Assembly: GCA_951406725.2 (NCBI GenBank)
Contig: OX597826.1
Location: forward strand, 51,584,001 to 51,648,000
Direction of reading: 5' to 3'
Source of the DNA: Octopus vulgaris
Lineage: Eukaryota
Length of the DNA: 64,000 bases
Of the stretch, positions 26,301-40,220 are shown one piece after another. The notes under the pieces are model-generated. The model was not told where the DNA came from. It was given only the letters and a program-made list of their open reading frames with translations, and searched no databases. Both the position numbers and the translations under genes were made by a program. Position 1 is the stretch's first letter; each line of letters begins with the position of its first letter.

Positions 26301-27544
26301 AAATACACAGTAAGTACTGACCTTGAGACTTACCGAGTATTTCAACAAAATATATTACTACTGAAAAGTATATACTTATCCAGCTTTGTATGACAACGTA
26401 CATTTTAAGTATTAAAGTATTATGATTATACCTAGCATAAATCCTGGTTCAACTCCAACAGCTGTTACTTGGATTACTGTGACGTACTTCACTTTAGGGC
26501 AAGTATTCAGCCCATATCCCCCAACGGCTCATCTATTATACGTGTATCTTGTTTAAAGATTTATAAATGTTAAATATCATCTGCAATTTCATTGGTCTCA
26601 ATTCACCAGAAGGCGATTACAAAGGTATTGTCTATTTCCACACTTTTCACTAATACACAAAATACGCATTCTACAAGTTTTGAAACATTTTCCTGAGAGT
26701 TATTTATGTATTTGAAAGAAATAACAAACTCTAATCTCTTTCAAAGTAGGGTTCTCTGACATCAGTGGACTTGTAGTGCTCCAGTCAATTCGTTAAGATC
26801 CCATGGATGTCTTCCAAAGTAGAGCCTTCAAGGACCCATGTCACAATCTCCTTCATCTATTTCAGCTCGGGAATCAAGTAAAAGTCAAAGGAACGAAGGA
26901 ATGGGCAAAAACTACTTTGCACTATGTTTAAATTGTGAATTCCTACTTTCGACACTACGTATTTCTTCAACGAACTGGTAAGAATTAATATCCTTGGTTA
27001 AGGATATTCTCTATTTATTGCCTTCTCTTCGAGGACGCAATAAGTAGCTTACTTGGAAATCTCTCAATAACATATGCTTAGCTATTCTGATAACGGCTGT
27101 AAGAGAATTGACTTATTTACTAATTCAGTATTGTGTTTCAATTATAAATTAAATGTTCTAAAGTGACACCACGTATTCATTGACTATTTTTATTTTGAAC
27201 CCCCGCCTCACTAAATATAATTAAGATTCGGCTGAATTAGGTATTTAAATTGCAGCACCTTGTTAAGTCGGTTTAATTTGCACACCTAAACAATATCAGA
27301 TAAATATCAAACTCTGTGCAGAAGTGTTTTTCACTCGATATTCTGGCAATGTATGCAGATAACACGACCCAACTTAGTGAAGATATCCGTTCTTAGTTGT
27401 TCGGACATGTACTTTATATAAAAATACAAAAATACATTCTATAAAATTTCCGAAGTGCAGATTCCATAGTATGTGAATAAAATATAGATGAGTAACAAAT
27501 ATGTACAGGTGTTAAATCATTATGACTGTTTCAAGCGATTCCTT

Positions 27545-27791
27545 TAATTGATTAATGAAAATATATCATTGCAAAGAAACCGTTTTCGTCAGATGATTGA
27601 ATACACTTCACACACAAAGGGCAACATTTCTGTCAAAGATATAATAGCAGAATCAATGTAAATATTTGAGCTCTGTTGGTGATATGAATATGTTAAAACA
27701 GTTGGGTTGTCCTTTATGTGTGAAGTCTATGCAGTCTCATCTGACGAAAACGGTTTGTTTGCAATGATGGAATGTTTTCATTAATCTATTA
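27545..27791. mobile_element. MITE-like hairpin element (~80-bp imperfect arms)
   Basis: 27545-27625 pairs with 27706-27791, e.g. AAACCGTTTTCGTCAGATGA / TCATCTGACGAAAACGGTTT; TA at both ends. Confidence 0.8.
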
Positions 27792-28680
27792 AATGAGCCG
27801 TTTGAAACGGCCGTAGCGAATTGACGCCTGTACATCTTTGAAAGCCATTTCTTTATATATGTATATATATATATATATATAATTATATGTGTGTGTTTGT
27901 GGTTCTAAGGTTTTTTTTAGTAACTGCGAAATTCGAATCAGATAAAGCTGTGCATAATAGCGTATAATTATTGTGTTAAAACACCCTTGGAAAAAATACG
28001 AAGTTTCGAGCACAGACCTTCTATAAACATGATATACACTCTACCATTGGACATTATGCATAACTCTATCTGCTTCTAATTTTACCGCTCCATGACATCA
28101 AATATATACACATCCACACGCACTCGCGCACACACACACTTATACAAAACTAAGGTACATACATTCGCATCACGGCATTTTATTGTTCGCATGGATTCTC
28201 ATTACTGTATTAAGTAACAGTAGAATAATATCTCTAGGTTTTAATTGTAAATACCTTCCGGAGCCATCTTTCTCTTTTAGCTTTCTAAGACCGCCAAGTA
28301 CATATACCAGTAACATATGTACTTGACTGTACCCGCTCATAGATATTAGCCTTGCACTAGAAATCGATGTATTAAAAACCAAGTCATGCGATTACATACG
28401 TTTTAACTCTAGTTACGTATATGTGTACATCTAACATACAGCAGCTATGTTGTAAAGACAGTCTTTCGAAATATATCAAATTCCTAGAGAAACTGATAAT
28501 ATATAAATCGTAGGTTCTTCTCCCGTAACAACCTTCAGGCTTAAAAGGAAAATAAAACTTTTATATTGATTTCTGTTTCATTTTTTTTTATAAATATATA
28601 CGCTTTTGAAATATTTATCTTCGACGAGGAAGCCAAAAATAGGTAATCTTAACCCTTTAACCTCTCACAATATATACGCA

Positions 28681-29028
<348 letters not shown>

Positions 29029-29049
29029 GTCTCTGTGTGTGTCTGTCTG

Positions 29050-29365
29050 TGTTTTCTACACCGCTTTCTGTACTCTTCTTCCGTAGTAAATCGACGACCT
29101 CGTGAAGGATGTTTGAGTGGTCCATAGAGGTGAAAGTCAGAAGGGGTAAGATCTGGACTGTATGCCAGGTTTTCAGCAAGGCGAAATCTAATTTTCCAAT
29201 TATTGCAACGCTATGGGCGGCCGTATATGAGCATGCATCATCGTACAACATAACACTTCATTTGACGAGAGGTCTCGGCACTTGGTGCAAATTACAGATT
29301 TCAGTTTTCTGGACACATTTCACTGTAAACTATGCTGGTGACTGTAAACTCCAGTCGATGTAATG
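29050..29365 (-). pseudogene. Mariner transposase catalytic-domain remnant
   Basis: Minus strand: KLKSVICTKCRDLSSNEVL, MLYDDACSYTAAHSV (HDNARPHTA-like), AYSPDLTPSDFHLYGPLKHPSRGRRF (YSPDL motif). Confidence 0.85.
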
Positions 29366-29399
29366 TGCCAGTATGGGTCCCGTTTGCGTCTCAAAAATC

Positions 29400-30860
29400 T
29401 TCCCTTCAGTGGTGGAAGTCAATGGATGTCCTGCTCTTTCTTTGTGTTTTGCAATTGTTTGGCCTTCTTTAACTTTTTGATCAACACATACAAAATTCTA
29501 TTCGTTAGGGCTTTGCTTTCTATCGACAGGGTTTCAGGGAAATCATTTTGTTTTGAAATTCCCCTCTGTCTTGTTCGAATATGTATCGATGTTTTATGAT
29601 TCCGATGAGTGAATCATCCATTTTTGTGCGGTGCATGATTTCTATCTTGGTGTCGAGCCTCTTGAGATTGAAACTGTTTGTCCCTACGAGTATTATTACA
29701 GTGTAAATACTATTTTTAAAGCAAAAACAAAAAGCTGTTAGCGACTTTCAGTTCACATATTGGTACCATTTATACACTTCCGTATTTCTTTCTCTACATC
29801 TTCCCTTTCGTGACTCAATGTTTTACCCCACATCCTTCATTTTCTTCCAAGTCTTGTATGCGCTATATTGATCTAGCTCGTGGTCAGTGTGCCAGAATCA
29901 AGATCTAGGTTTACATACTAGGTCAGTTTTCTTCTCTTGAATGTATCTTTTTGTCCACTTATCGATTCTAAACACAGTTCTGATATCATCGCTGAAGATC
30001 TTCACGATAGGCAATAGATTGTCCAGTTGATTTATCGTTCTTGGCAAACGTCTTGAGGTTATTAATATAGAAGAAGAGGGTTTACTTAGCATCTTACAAG
30101 TTGTAGTTATTCATACTGTTGTTCAGTTAGTTCTTAAGCCATACTAGTGTAATGCAGAGGAGCAGTGATGATGGTGAGACTCCGTGGAAGATATTGCTTC
30201 TTATATTGATTAGTCACCATATTAAATAAGCATCGATACGGCAGAGTGTCAGCATAATTTCTCAGGACCTCATGCTCGCGTGAAGAACTTGTCAGATATT
30301 GAGCTTACTTTGCTGATATTGGCCCTTTGCTATCTAAGAATGTGAAATGTTGTCAAAAGCATCCTTGTATCCTATTTACGCAGTTGGCAGATTCTTTTTC
30401 TTTGTTCTGATGTCTCGCAATATTTTTTTACTGATGAATATCGGGCCTTTGCATAATTTCCTTTCTTACATCCTTCATGCTCTACTGGTAGAAAGTTGAG
30501 CAAGTTGTAGATGTTCGTTGTGATGATGACAGCGATAATCTTGTACATTATTCGTAGGAAGGTGGTGGGCCTGTAATTCTTCGTGTTCTGCATCACTTTT
30601 ACATCTCAGAGCAAATGGCTGTGGTTCCCCATGTGTATCACTCTGGCATTCTGCTTGATTCTTAATCATGGCATTGCAGGTCCGTGTCAAATCACTTTGT
30701 GTACTGACCAGGTTCTTGATACTGAAGTTGATTATTGTTGCTGTTTGTTTTTTGCTATGTCTTTTAAAGACAAGAGCTATGTCTGAGCCTCTTGTAATCA
30801 ATTCACTTTCTACTCTTCGTGCACTATTTTAGCGTTGTCTCACACACTCCTAATTTCCTT
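29400..30860 (-). mobile_element. Decayed R4/Dong-clade non-LTR retrotransposon RT
   Basis: KNYRPTTFLRIMYKII, LPVEHEGCKKG, IGYKDAFDNISH, IFHGVSPSSLLLC, QLDNLLPIVKIFSDDIRTVFRIDK, matching R4/Dong RT motifs; many stops and frameshifts. Confidence 0.85.
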
Positions 30861-31414
30861 CATCAGTCAGGTTCACCCGAATCCTAAACTAAATAAATGT
30901 GGTCGCTGATGTTGTTGTTGCTATTGCTGTTGTTGTTGCTGTTTTCGTTGATGTTAGCCCCATATCAGTCCCAGTGAAGCAGACTAAAGATAAAAGATAT
31001 ATCAGTTGTGCGTATGCCATTTTTAAAATTCAAATATAATGTATAAAGAAAAAAGAATCAATAGAGTGTGGCTTGAGGAAAGGTATATGGCTGGTGCTTC
31101 TAGTAGCATGATCAACCACATAGACGCCCTGTGCTTGGGTTTAAGGAAGGCACATATATGGGAGATGCTTGAGGCTGATCCAGTATCATTCACAATGTTT
31201 TTTTTTAACAGAAACATTAGTCATATATTTTGTGCACTTGGAGTGCTTGTTATAAATCGAGTTTATTTCAGCTGAAGGCTGCAGTGCTATTTTTAATTTT
31301 AAACAATTACGCTTCTAAATTCCATTCAAAGTTTGTTTTTATGGTATAACTGTTTGTTTTTACTTTATTAAACCCTACATATATTTCAATACCTAATTAT
31401 TTAGTGGTACACAT

Positions 31415-31517
31415 GTACACACATACATTCACACACACACACACGCACACACACACACGCACACACACACACACACACACAAAAGCTTACGCATACGCAA
31501 ACGCTTATACACAAGCA

Positions 31518-31566
<49 letters not shown>
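31415..31566. repeat. (CA)n microsatellite
   Basis: Directly visible. Confidence 0.95.
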
Positions 31567-31568
<2 letters not shown>

Positions 31569-32525
31569 ATTCTTCTTTCTCTTAATATATTCCCGGGCTT
31601 CTGCATTCCCGTATGAATTGTTTAGATTTTTATCCATTGTCTCACATTTTACTATTTATGTTTACAAATTTACAAACGAACGTTTCTTCACTTCCTGTTA
31701 ATGTTATGCTTTTAGTGAGTGATTAAAACACGACAAAATAAACACGATGAAGTGGGTGAAAAAAATAATTTATACTAATGGTGATTGATCATTATAATTC
31801 ATTTTCGATGTGAAATGCAAATATAATTGATAGAAGAACAACTATAAATATCTCAATTAATTTATTATTAATCCAATAAGTTATTTAGACACCATGTACA
31901 GATTCATTATCACGCATACACTCCTGCAGACAAACTGAAATCACTAAGAATTTACGCATGAGTATCTGCACACTCTTACTGACATGAATTTATTGATTAT
32001 GGAAATAAGCTTGCTGCCTACCAGGCGGGTTGGATAAATTATTGGATGTGCGGCGTGTTTAGTAGTTCAGCTTAGTCTTAATTCTAGAGGAAAGAGTAGC
32101 ATAATAAAGATAGAGCAGCTGAAGTGACACAAGTGGCAGGTTTATTAGTCTGATAAGTGTTCCTATTGTACTTAAGTTGGTGGTGGTTGAGACTGTGATT
32201 GAGGTGATATTAATACTGATGACAATGTGATGAATCTAAGTGATATTAGCGCTACTTACAGCGGTAGCAGCACTCACTTAGCAGATGAAGAATAACGATT
32301 GTGCAGTGCTGGTGACAATGACGATAGTGTAAGGAAATGAGTTGAGTTTGAATATTGTAAGAAGTAGCAACATTTTCATTATGGAGAAATTAGGCTTTTG
32401 CTAAAGCGAGCAATACACGAGAGTAGAAGATAGAAGGATGAATACTAAAAGCAGGAAGAAAGAAGAAAAGAACCTGAAAAGAAAGAATAATCGATGCCGT
32501 GTTGTAAAGAAGGTGTGGTGACTGC

Positions 32526-32674
32526 CACGTGATTATATGTGACGTCAATCGATTGCTGACGTAATACGAGCTTGCTTAGATATAGTCGCTTATGGCCCCT
32601 CTCTTACTGAGGAACAAGTGGGAAGAAAGACAGCCAATGGTAAAAAGAATCTACTCCACTTCTGTAAATATAAA
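32526..32674 (+). promoter_or_regulatory. Candidate CRE-containing promoter or enhancer
   Basis: CACGTG 32526-32531, TGACGTCA 32540-32547, TGACGTAA 32557-32564, CCAAT 32634-32638, TATAAA 32669-32674. Confidence 0.35.
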
Positions 32675-33742
32675 TCTAAAAACAAATACTACTATGCAAG
32701 CATGCACATGCATTTACACGCGTGTGCTGTTGCATTTTGCGCGCCATTTATGTGTTCACTAGCTTACGTCTAAGCTTTGCAGTCATGGCATCACCCCATC
32801 AGCTTCCTTTGCATGAACACCACAAAATCTCATGTTGCTTCCTTTGGAAATAGGAATCTCAGTCCCTTGCTAGCATAACTTATTATTTCTAAATATTAAA
32901 ATAATTGAAACATTCATTAACTTACTCTTATCTCTTCATACTTATTAGCCATTTCGAATTAATTTGTTCACTGCAATTAATCTGTTTCTACTTCCCCTTA
33001 AATTCAATTGATGCATATTACTTCATTTCTAAAGATACAATGGCTTTCAAAGAACTAAGTTATTAAAAACATTAAATGATTAGATAAATGAATCAAAGAC
33101 GGTAAAAGAAATATTCTTTGTTCATTCTCAAACATGTAGATGCAGAGAAAGTAGATCAAGCTCCAAGAAACTTTTATTTCACTTGGAATATTTATGCAAC
33201 AGTTCAGACGTTTGTGATTTCTTTTTTATATACTTCAATCAAATAAAACTTGTCAACAAAATAGATCAACTTGAAGAATGTATTTAATAGCGTTCCCCAT
33301 TCTTGAGGATTAACAAAATTAACCCTGCATTTATATTTTGCTTATTTCAAGCATCGGAATTTAGGTATTACCCTGGGACACCGCGTTGCAGAGTTGTTGA
33401 AGGGTTAAAGTGTATTTACTGAATCTTCCAAAACAATCGATGTGAGCAGGATTTGTATTTATAATGCAAATATTTATGGCCTTTCTATGCCCATTGGCCT
33501 TATGGAGCTGAACACGAAAACTTCATTTTCAAGGCGTTGTCACGAACAGTTCGGCAAAAGAGATATATAGATTAATATGCGGTCTATCTATTCAAGTGAA
33601 AGAGTAAAAGGCATATACAAATTAATGAAAGAGCAGTCACGTAATTACGTTCTTAAATTTATTGTTGTCATTCTATAAGAAACATTGCACTGAGATTGAA
33701 GCGCAATGTTTCTTGAAGCTTCTCCAGAGTCATTAAAATGAA

Positions 33743-33799
<57 letters not shown>

Positions 33800-33892
33800 T
33801 GCATATATATTCTTTTTTCTTTTATTTCTTTCAGTCGGTGTTCCAGTATAGCAACAGTCCAATGACTGAAACAAATAAAAGAAAGAATGAAG

Positions 33893-33930
<38 letters not shown>

Positions 33931-33933
<3 letters not shown>

Positions 33934-34333
33934 TTAGTCGAACAAATCTTTGTAAGCCTAGTACTTATTCCATCGTTCTCTTTTGCCGAACCGCTAGATA
34001 ACGGGGACGTAAACGCACCAACATCGGCTGTCAAGTGATGGTGGTGGGAGCAAACACACAATCACATACGCACACATACATACATACATACATACATACA
34101 TATTTCTATATAGGTTTTAGACAATTCTATCATATTAAATCCGTTTACGTATGTATGTATATATATATATATATATATACGACGGGCTTCTTTCAGTTTC
34201 CGTCTACCAATCCACTCGAAGGCTTTGGTCGGCCCGAGGCTATAGTAGAAGACACTTGCCAAAGTAGCCACGCAATGGATCTGAACCATGTGGTTGGTAA
34301 GCAAGCTACTTACCACACAAACACTCCTGCGCC
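33931..34333 (-). mobile_element. tRNA-derived SINE family B (bipartite, internal microsatellite)
   Basis: Reverse complement of the 63455-63870 element; the internal microsatellite carries a ~54-bp foreign insert. Confidence 0.85.
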
Positions 34334-34373
<40 letters not shown>

Positions 34374-34375
34374 AC

Positions 34376-34458
34376 CAGTTTCGCACTGGGGTCGATGTAA
34401 TCGACTTAATCCCTCTGTCTGTCCTTGTTTGTCCTCTATGTTTAGCTCCTTGTGGGTA

Positions 34459-34459
<1 letters not shown>
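34376..34459 (+). mobile_element. SINE family A 3' fragment
   Basis: CACTGGGGTCGATGTAATCGACTTAATCC...TGTTTAGCTCCTTGTGGG is the reverse complement of ~5255-5340. Confidence 0.85.
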
Positions 34460-34555
<96 letters not shown>

Positions 34556-34557
<2 letters not shown>

Positions 34558-35865
34558 ATGAAGTTTTTTTAGAAAAGTATAGAAAGCATGGAAGTGCTCG
34601 AGTCAAACCCGAAACGCCAGACAAATACAAGAGATACAGAGAAGTTCAACTGAGGCAGACTACGATTGGTGCATACATATACGGATTTAATATGATAGAA
34701 TTGTCTGAAACCTATATGAATACATTCAGAATATAAAAATATAGAAATATAAATATATATATGAATGTTAAAAATATGCAAGGACAAATAAATATATAGA
34801 TATATAAATATAATAGAGTACAGATAATAATATAGATAAGAATAATGAAATATAAAAATACATTTCTTTAAAAAATTCAAAATAAATTATGGAATGGAGG
34901 GAGTAGTAGATGTTTAAAAAGTTACCATATTTAAAGGAGATTAATTATTCCGACGCTCGTTTTTAGAGTTTATTCAAAGTGTACATACAATTTGACATTT
35001 CGAGATATTTGCCCGGGATTTTGACAACATCCCTCGATCTGATATTGAGATTATCCTAACCGCGAGAAAATGTTGATAAATTTTTCATATTATAAATGGA
35101 TTAGAAGCGACTCGACGTAGTACTTTGATATTACCATGGGTTCGTCAAATTCAGCCCAGGTGACAGACTTAGTGGGTGTCTATCTACTGTCTTAAATTAG
35201 GAAAAGCTACCCAAACATATCTGGTGGACTATACAGGAATAATGCTCTATTCGCAGTAAATGGTTCATTTAAAGCGACGATTGAACGACTGAAGAAACCA
35301 TTAAGAACATTTTTTGGAATTTCTTTAATCTCAATATTTTATTCGAGACTGACAAAAAATAGTCAACTCCCTAGACGTTACATTAAAGTTAAACACCACT
35401 AGCTGTACAGTAGACCAAATCAAACATTGCAATATATTAACGTCTTTTCTAATAATTCGAAATTAACCTATCAGTAGTATTATCACCGCCATCTTCATTA
35501 GAATATCCAACCTATCAGTAAACGAGGAAATGTTTAACGCACACGCACCAATTTATAATCATGTCCTAAAATTAAGCGGTTTTCATGACCATATTTTCTA
35601 CATCACCGACACCAAACGCCAAACTAAATTAGCTAATTTAACACCTCATAGTAATTCTGATATGATTAAAATAACCCCCTCATTAAATTATAAACCTATA
35701 ACAAGACCTGTCTTATAACCCTATTAAATTTTATAATCCTAATACTAGAAATTTTAATAACATGTTCCATACATGCCCAAACACCCTGATAGGGTAACGC
35801 ACTCTGAATCTAAGAAAAGATAAATTATATGGTTTTCCCCACCTTTTTCGCTAAGAGCTAAAAAT
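34556..35865 (+). mobile_element. Decayed Penelope-like element: pLTR-like leader plus RT/thumb/linker pseudogene
   Basis: From 35124: FDITMGSSNSAQVTDLVGVYLL ... GGLYRNNAL (GLYRDD-like), IVNSLDVTLKL, RISNLSVNEEMFNAHAPIYNHVLKLSGF, IIWFSPPFS; degenerate CCCGAAACG hammerhead half near 34608. Confidence 0.85.
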
Positions 35866-35961
35866 CTACAACATACACAAACACATACATACACACATAT
35901 ATATACATGTATATCTATCTACTTATCTCTATATGTACATATACATACATACATACACACA

Positions 35962-36017
<56 letters not shown>

Positions 36018-36681
36018 CATATACATATACATATACGTATATATAGCATAAATGCGTCAAATCTTGTTTTCACGTGGTTGTAGATATTTAAGAAAGGAAA
36101 ATATTAAAAACGCACAGGTGGTTTGCATAATAACATTTATGCTAATATTAAGATCATAATGGAACGAAGAATATTATTACTATATGATATATATATATAT
36201 ATATATATATACATACTTACTTACATACATACATATTTGCATATATACATAAATGTATAAACAATGTGGCAAGGTGACCACGTTGTTAGAACGTTGTTAG
36301 AACGTTGTGTTGGTTGTCTTGTAACACTTAATTTTAGTCAGGTTTATAGTCAATTAGTTCGTCAAGAATCTCTTACTGATTACATGAAATACATCATTGG
36401 GGATCTAATTTCTTTAATCAAAATATATTAAATCATTTGAAAAGTATCCCTTGTGACAACCTCAAAGACAGTATATACCATTATTAACAGCTAAAACCAT
36501 TGCATTTTAATTTCTAAATGTTCATACGCTGAATTGTCTATGTTCAATAAAATAAGTACTAAACGTGTACTGTATTTGATGCAATTCGCTATATATTATT
36601 CCAAACTAATGGTGGCTTTCTGCCAATAGTAAAATCTAGTTCAAATACATACATACGTGCACACATACAGCACACACATGC

Positions 36682-36727
<46 letters not shown>

Positions 36728-36816
36728 CCTTTTAAGTGGATTTGGTAGACGGAAACTGAAAGAAGCTCGTCGTATATATGTATACACACAGACAGACAGA
36801 CAGACAGACCCCCCCC

Positions 36817-36864
<48 letters not shown>

Positions 36865-37225
36865 GCACACGCACACTTAGTTGCTAGTGATATTAGAGTT
36901 GGATACGAGATAAATCTATTTCAATTCCTGGACGAAGCCATTTCCATTTTATATACGCCGTTGTTGCTCTTGAGAAACATCGTAAATAATCTATTTGAAA
37001 GTCAAATTTCTATATTGAAGCCTTTGATCACAGTTAAAAGCAATATTGGCTGACTAATTATATGCAATTAGCATTTCATATGCACGTATGTATGAAAGCT
37101 ACATCACCTGTCAAACGTGCAGGCGCACTAAATTTCACCTTAAATTATACTTGATGCTAGTAATTATCGCAATGAGTTACACATACATACATTTATAGAT
37201 ATATACATGCATGTATGTATATGTA

Positions 37226-37300
<75 letters not shown>

Positions 37301-37312
37301 GTATACATATGC

Positions 37313-37415
37313 TTATATAATTTACCTTCTTTCAGAGAACTGATGAAGGAAGGATTCGTAATATAGGCCTATTTTATGAATTAGCCAAGTCACGTTCGTT
37401 CGAGAAAGGTAATGT
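37313..37415 (+). repeat. ~100-bp structured dispersed repeat, copy 1 of 2
   Basis: Closely similar to 40221-40319; contains CTGATGA and an imperfect palindrome centred on AGGCCT. Confidence 0.8.
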
Positions 37416-37420
37416 GCGTG

Positions 37421-37461
<41 letters not shown>

Positions 37462-37809
37462 GCGCAATCACACACGCACACACGTGTGCATATACATAAA
37501 ATGCATTGCGTAGAGTTTGTATTCGTTATTGAATATGTTTTACTTAATTGTCCATGAGCCAGATCCTACCAAGCTCCTGTAGTATTCGTCGAATATCCGC
37601 TTCCCGATGTTAGACTCAAGCCAATTTGAGGATGAGGTCGTTCTTAGACATTGGTAAGCTTACTTGCCATTACTTAAGGCAAGCCATTTGATGGAAATTG
37701 TTGAAAGATCCTTTGTTACGATTCTTTATAGATCATCCAGTGTGCAAGATTAATATAATTTAGAAAGGTTGTGCACTACTAGTTATTACTTTTTGTTGGC
37801 TTGGTTCAC

Positions 37810-38205
37810 AGTAGCTTGCTTACAAACCACATGGTTCCGAGTTCAGGCCCACTGCGCGGCACCTTGGGTAAATGTCTTCTACTATAGCCTCGGGCCGACC
37901 AAAGCCTTGTGAGTGGATTTGGTAGACGGAAACTGAAAGAAGCTCGTCGTATATATGTATATATATATATGTGTATGTGCGTGTTTGTGTGTCTGTGTTT
38001 GTCCCCGCCAAACATCGCTTGACAACCGATGCTGGTGTGTATACGTCCCCGTAACTTGGCGGTTCGGCAAAAAGAGACCGATAAAATAAGTACTAGGCTT
38101 ACAAAGAATAAGTCCTGGGGTCGATCTGATCGACTAAAGGCTGTGCTCCAGCATGGCCACAGTCACATGACTGAAACAAGTAAAAGAGTAAAAGAGTGAA
38201 AGAGT
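37810..38205 (+). mobile_element. SINE family B, 5'-truncated, with (AAAGAGT)n tail
   Basis: Collinear and highly similar to 63455-63870; B-box-like GAGTTCAGGCCC; CORE-like ACCTTGGGTAAATG. Confidence 0.9.
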
Positions 38206-38549
38206 TTATATTTCCCGTGTTAATTTGTTGAATATGCTGTATGAATATGTGAAATGATTGTCCGTGACAATAATTGTACATCTCATATTTTCTATTAGAA
38301 TTTTATGAGCGTTGCTTTAGTATATGCAATTTTTCAGATATGACTCTATGAACAATACTCCCAGTCATAATAACTTTGTTTCTGAGCATCCAGATAACAC
38401 GTAAGAGTACTGGGAAGTTTAACTTGTCGCTAACTTTACATAAGTGCTGATGCTTGCGTGTCTTTATTTAGCGGTAAATTTCTTATGGCATAAATCGGTG
38501 CAGTTACTTAAAGAGAATATCGCTTCATGTAACCCAGCATTGGGAAAAT

Positions 38550-38882
38550 GTGGAGGCGCAATGGCCCAGTGGTTAGGGCAGCGGACTCGCGGTTTCGATT
38601 CCCTGACCGGGCGTTGTGAGTGTTTATTGAGTGAAAACACCTAAAGCTCCACGAGGCTCCGGCAGGGGATGGTGGTGATCCCTGCTGTACTCTTTCACCA
38701 CAACTTTCTCTCACTCTTACTTCCTGTTTCTGTTGTACCTGTATTTCAAAGGGCCGGCCTTGTCACTCTCTGTGTCACGCTGAATATCCCCGAGAACTAC
38801 GTTAAGGGTACACGTGTCTGTGGAGTGCTCAGCCACTTACACGTTAATTTCACGAGCAGGCTGTTCCATTGATTCGGATCAA
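38550..38882 (+). mobile_element. tRNA-derived SINE family C with 12-bp TSD
   Basis: A box TGGCCCAGTGG, B box GGTTTCGATTCC; CATTGGGAAAAT duplicated at 38538-38549 and 38883-38894. Confidence 0.85.
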
Positions 38883-39396
38883 CATTGGGAAAATAGGAGA
38901 GATATTTTAATTCAACATTTATAATCTGTTGCTTGTGTGGAGACTTTCTGTGTTTTCCTTTAAGATGTTTGATGCTAGAATTTATGGTGTCGCACTCACT
39001 TTACAACTTTAAACAGGTGACGTGTGTAGACAGAAACTTGTGTGCTATAAGAGCCTGAAAATGCATGTAGTGACGTGTGGTAGGTTAAGCCACATTTGCT
39101 TTGCTTCTTGACTCCTCCAGGATGTGGGATGGATAAGAGATTCTTCATTTAATCTGACATTTTAAAACTATCAATATATTAAGTACCACAAAAATTACAG
39201 GTATCGAGATAATCGTCAAAAACCACCAAAGACCAACATGTCTGCTGGCCAATAAGTGAATTCAATGAAAAAAATAACAAAAAACAAGTTGAGCATATAT
39301 GTTTATGAATTGAAATGCGCATACAAACCCTTATTTCTGTATCGCTTTAACCTCCTTCCCTCCCACTACAAGTCCATAAACACACGTGCATATACC

Positions 39397-39427
<31 letters not shown>

Positions 39428-39497
39428 GGAGAGAGAGAGTGAGCGAAAGATAGACAGATAGTTAGATAGAGAGAGAGAGGGAGAGAGAGAAAGAGAG

Positions 39498-39550
<53 letters not shown>

Positions 39551-40220
39551 GAAATATACATGTATTAGAAATAACTATCTAGAGGCTGAAAAATGGAAGT
39601 ATGCATCCTATGTTGTTGATCGGAATATATGTATATACTGTAAAAATAACTCTGAGTTGAAATATCTTTTGAAATATATTTATTGTATGTCATATATTAT
39701 TTTTGTCATTTTTGTCATTTTTGATGTTTCCGAATACATCATTTCTTTCTCTCGATGCATTAGCTGAAAATACAAAGGAAAATATTGCTACATGTCAAAA
39801 TGGCAAAAGAATTATGTTGGAAGTAATATTATTTATTGGTTCGTCAACAGTGAAAATGAAGTATTTACCTGCCACATAGAGACCGTTTTGTCAGAAGGAT
39901 ACAGGAAGGATGAAGTTATATAGAAATAAAATATTTTTTCCATCCTGCGTTTTTTTTATCTTTTGATGTTCAACGACCAAGAAATAAAATGACATACTAT
40001 GATAAGTTAAGAGTACTTCATTCTGACTTTACTAGTTTGATAAACAATGTATGCTTTATAATCCTGCGCACGTCTGTTTTTCACTATTGTTAGTAAGCTT
40101 GCTTCTGTGGGATATGTATTTGCTTTTCGGTGAGAAAATATCAATAATAAATAGTTTTTGTTAGAGTACATCTCTATTTAACATCCTTACGTTATAGAAA
40201 ATCACGATCACGTCATAGAG

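Noticed and set aside
38551-38625. Functional tRNA gene
   Set aside because: Incomplete cloverleaf, continues into a SINE body and is bounded by a TSD.
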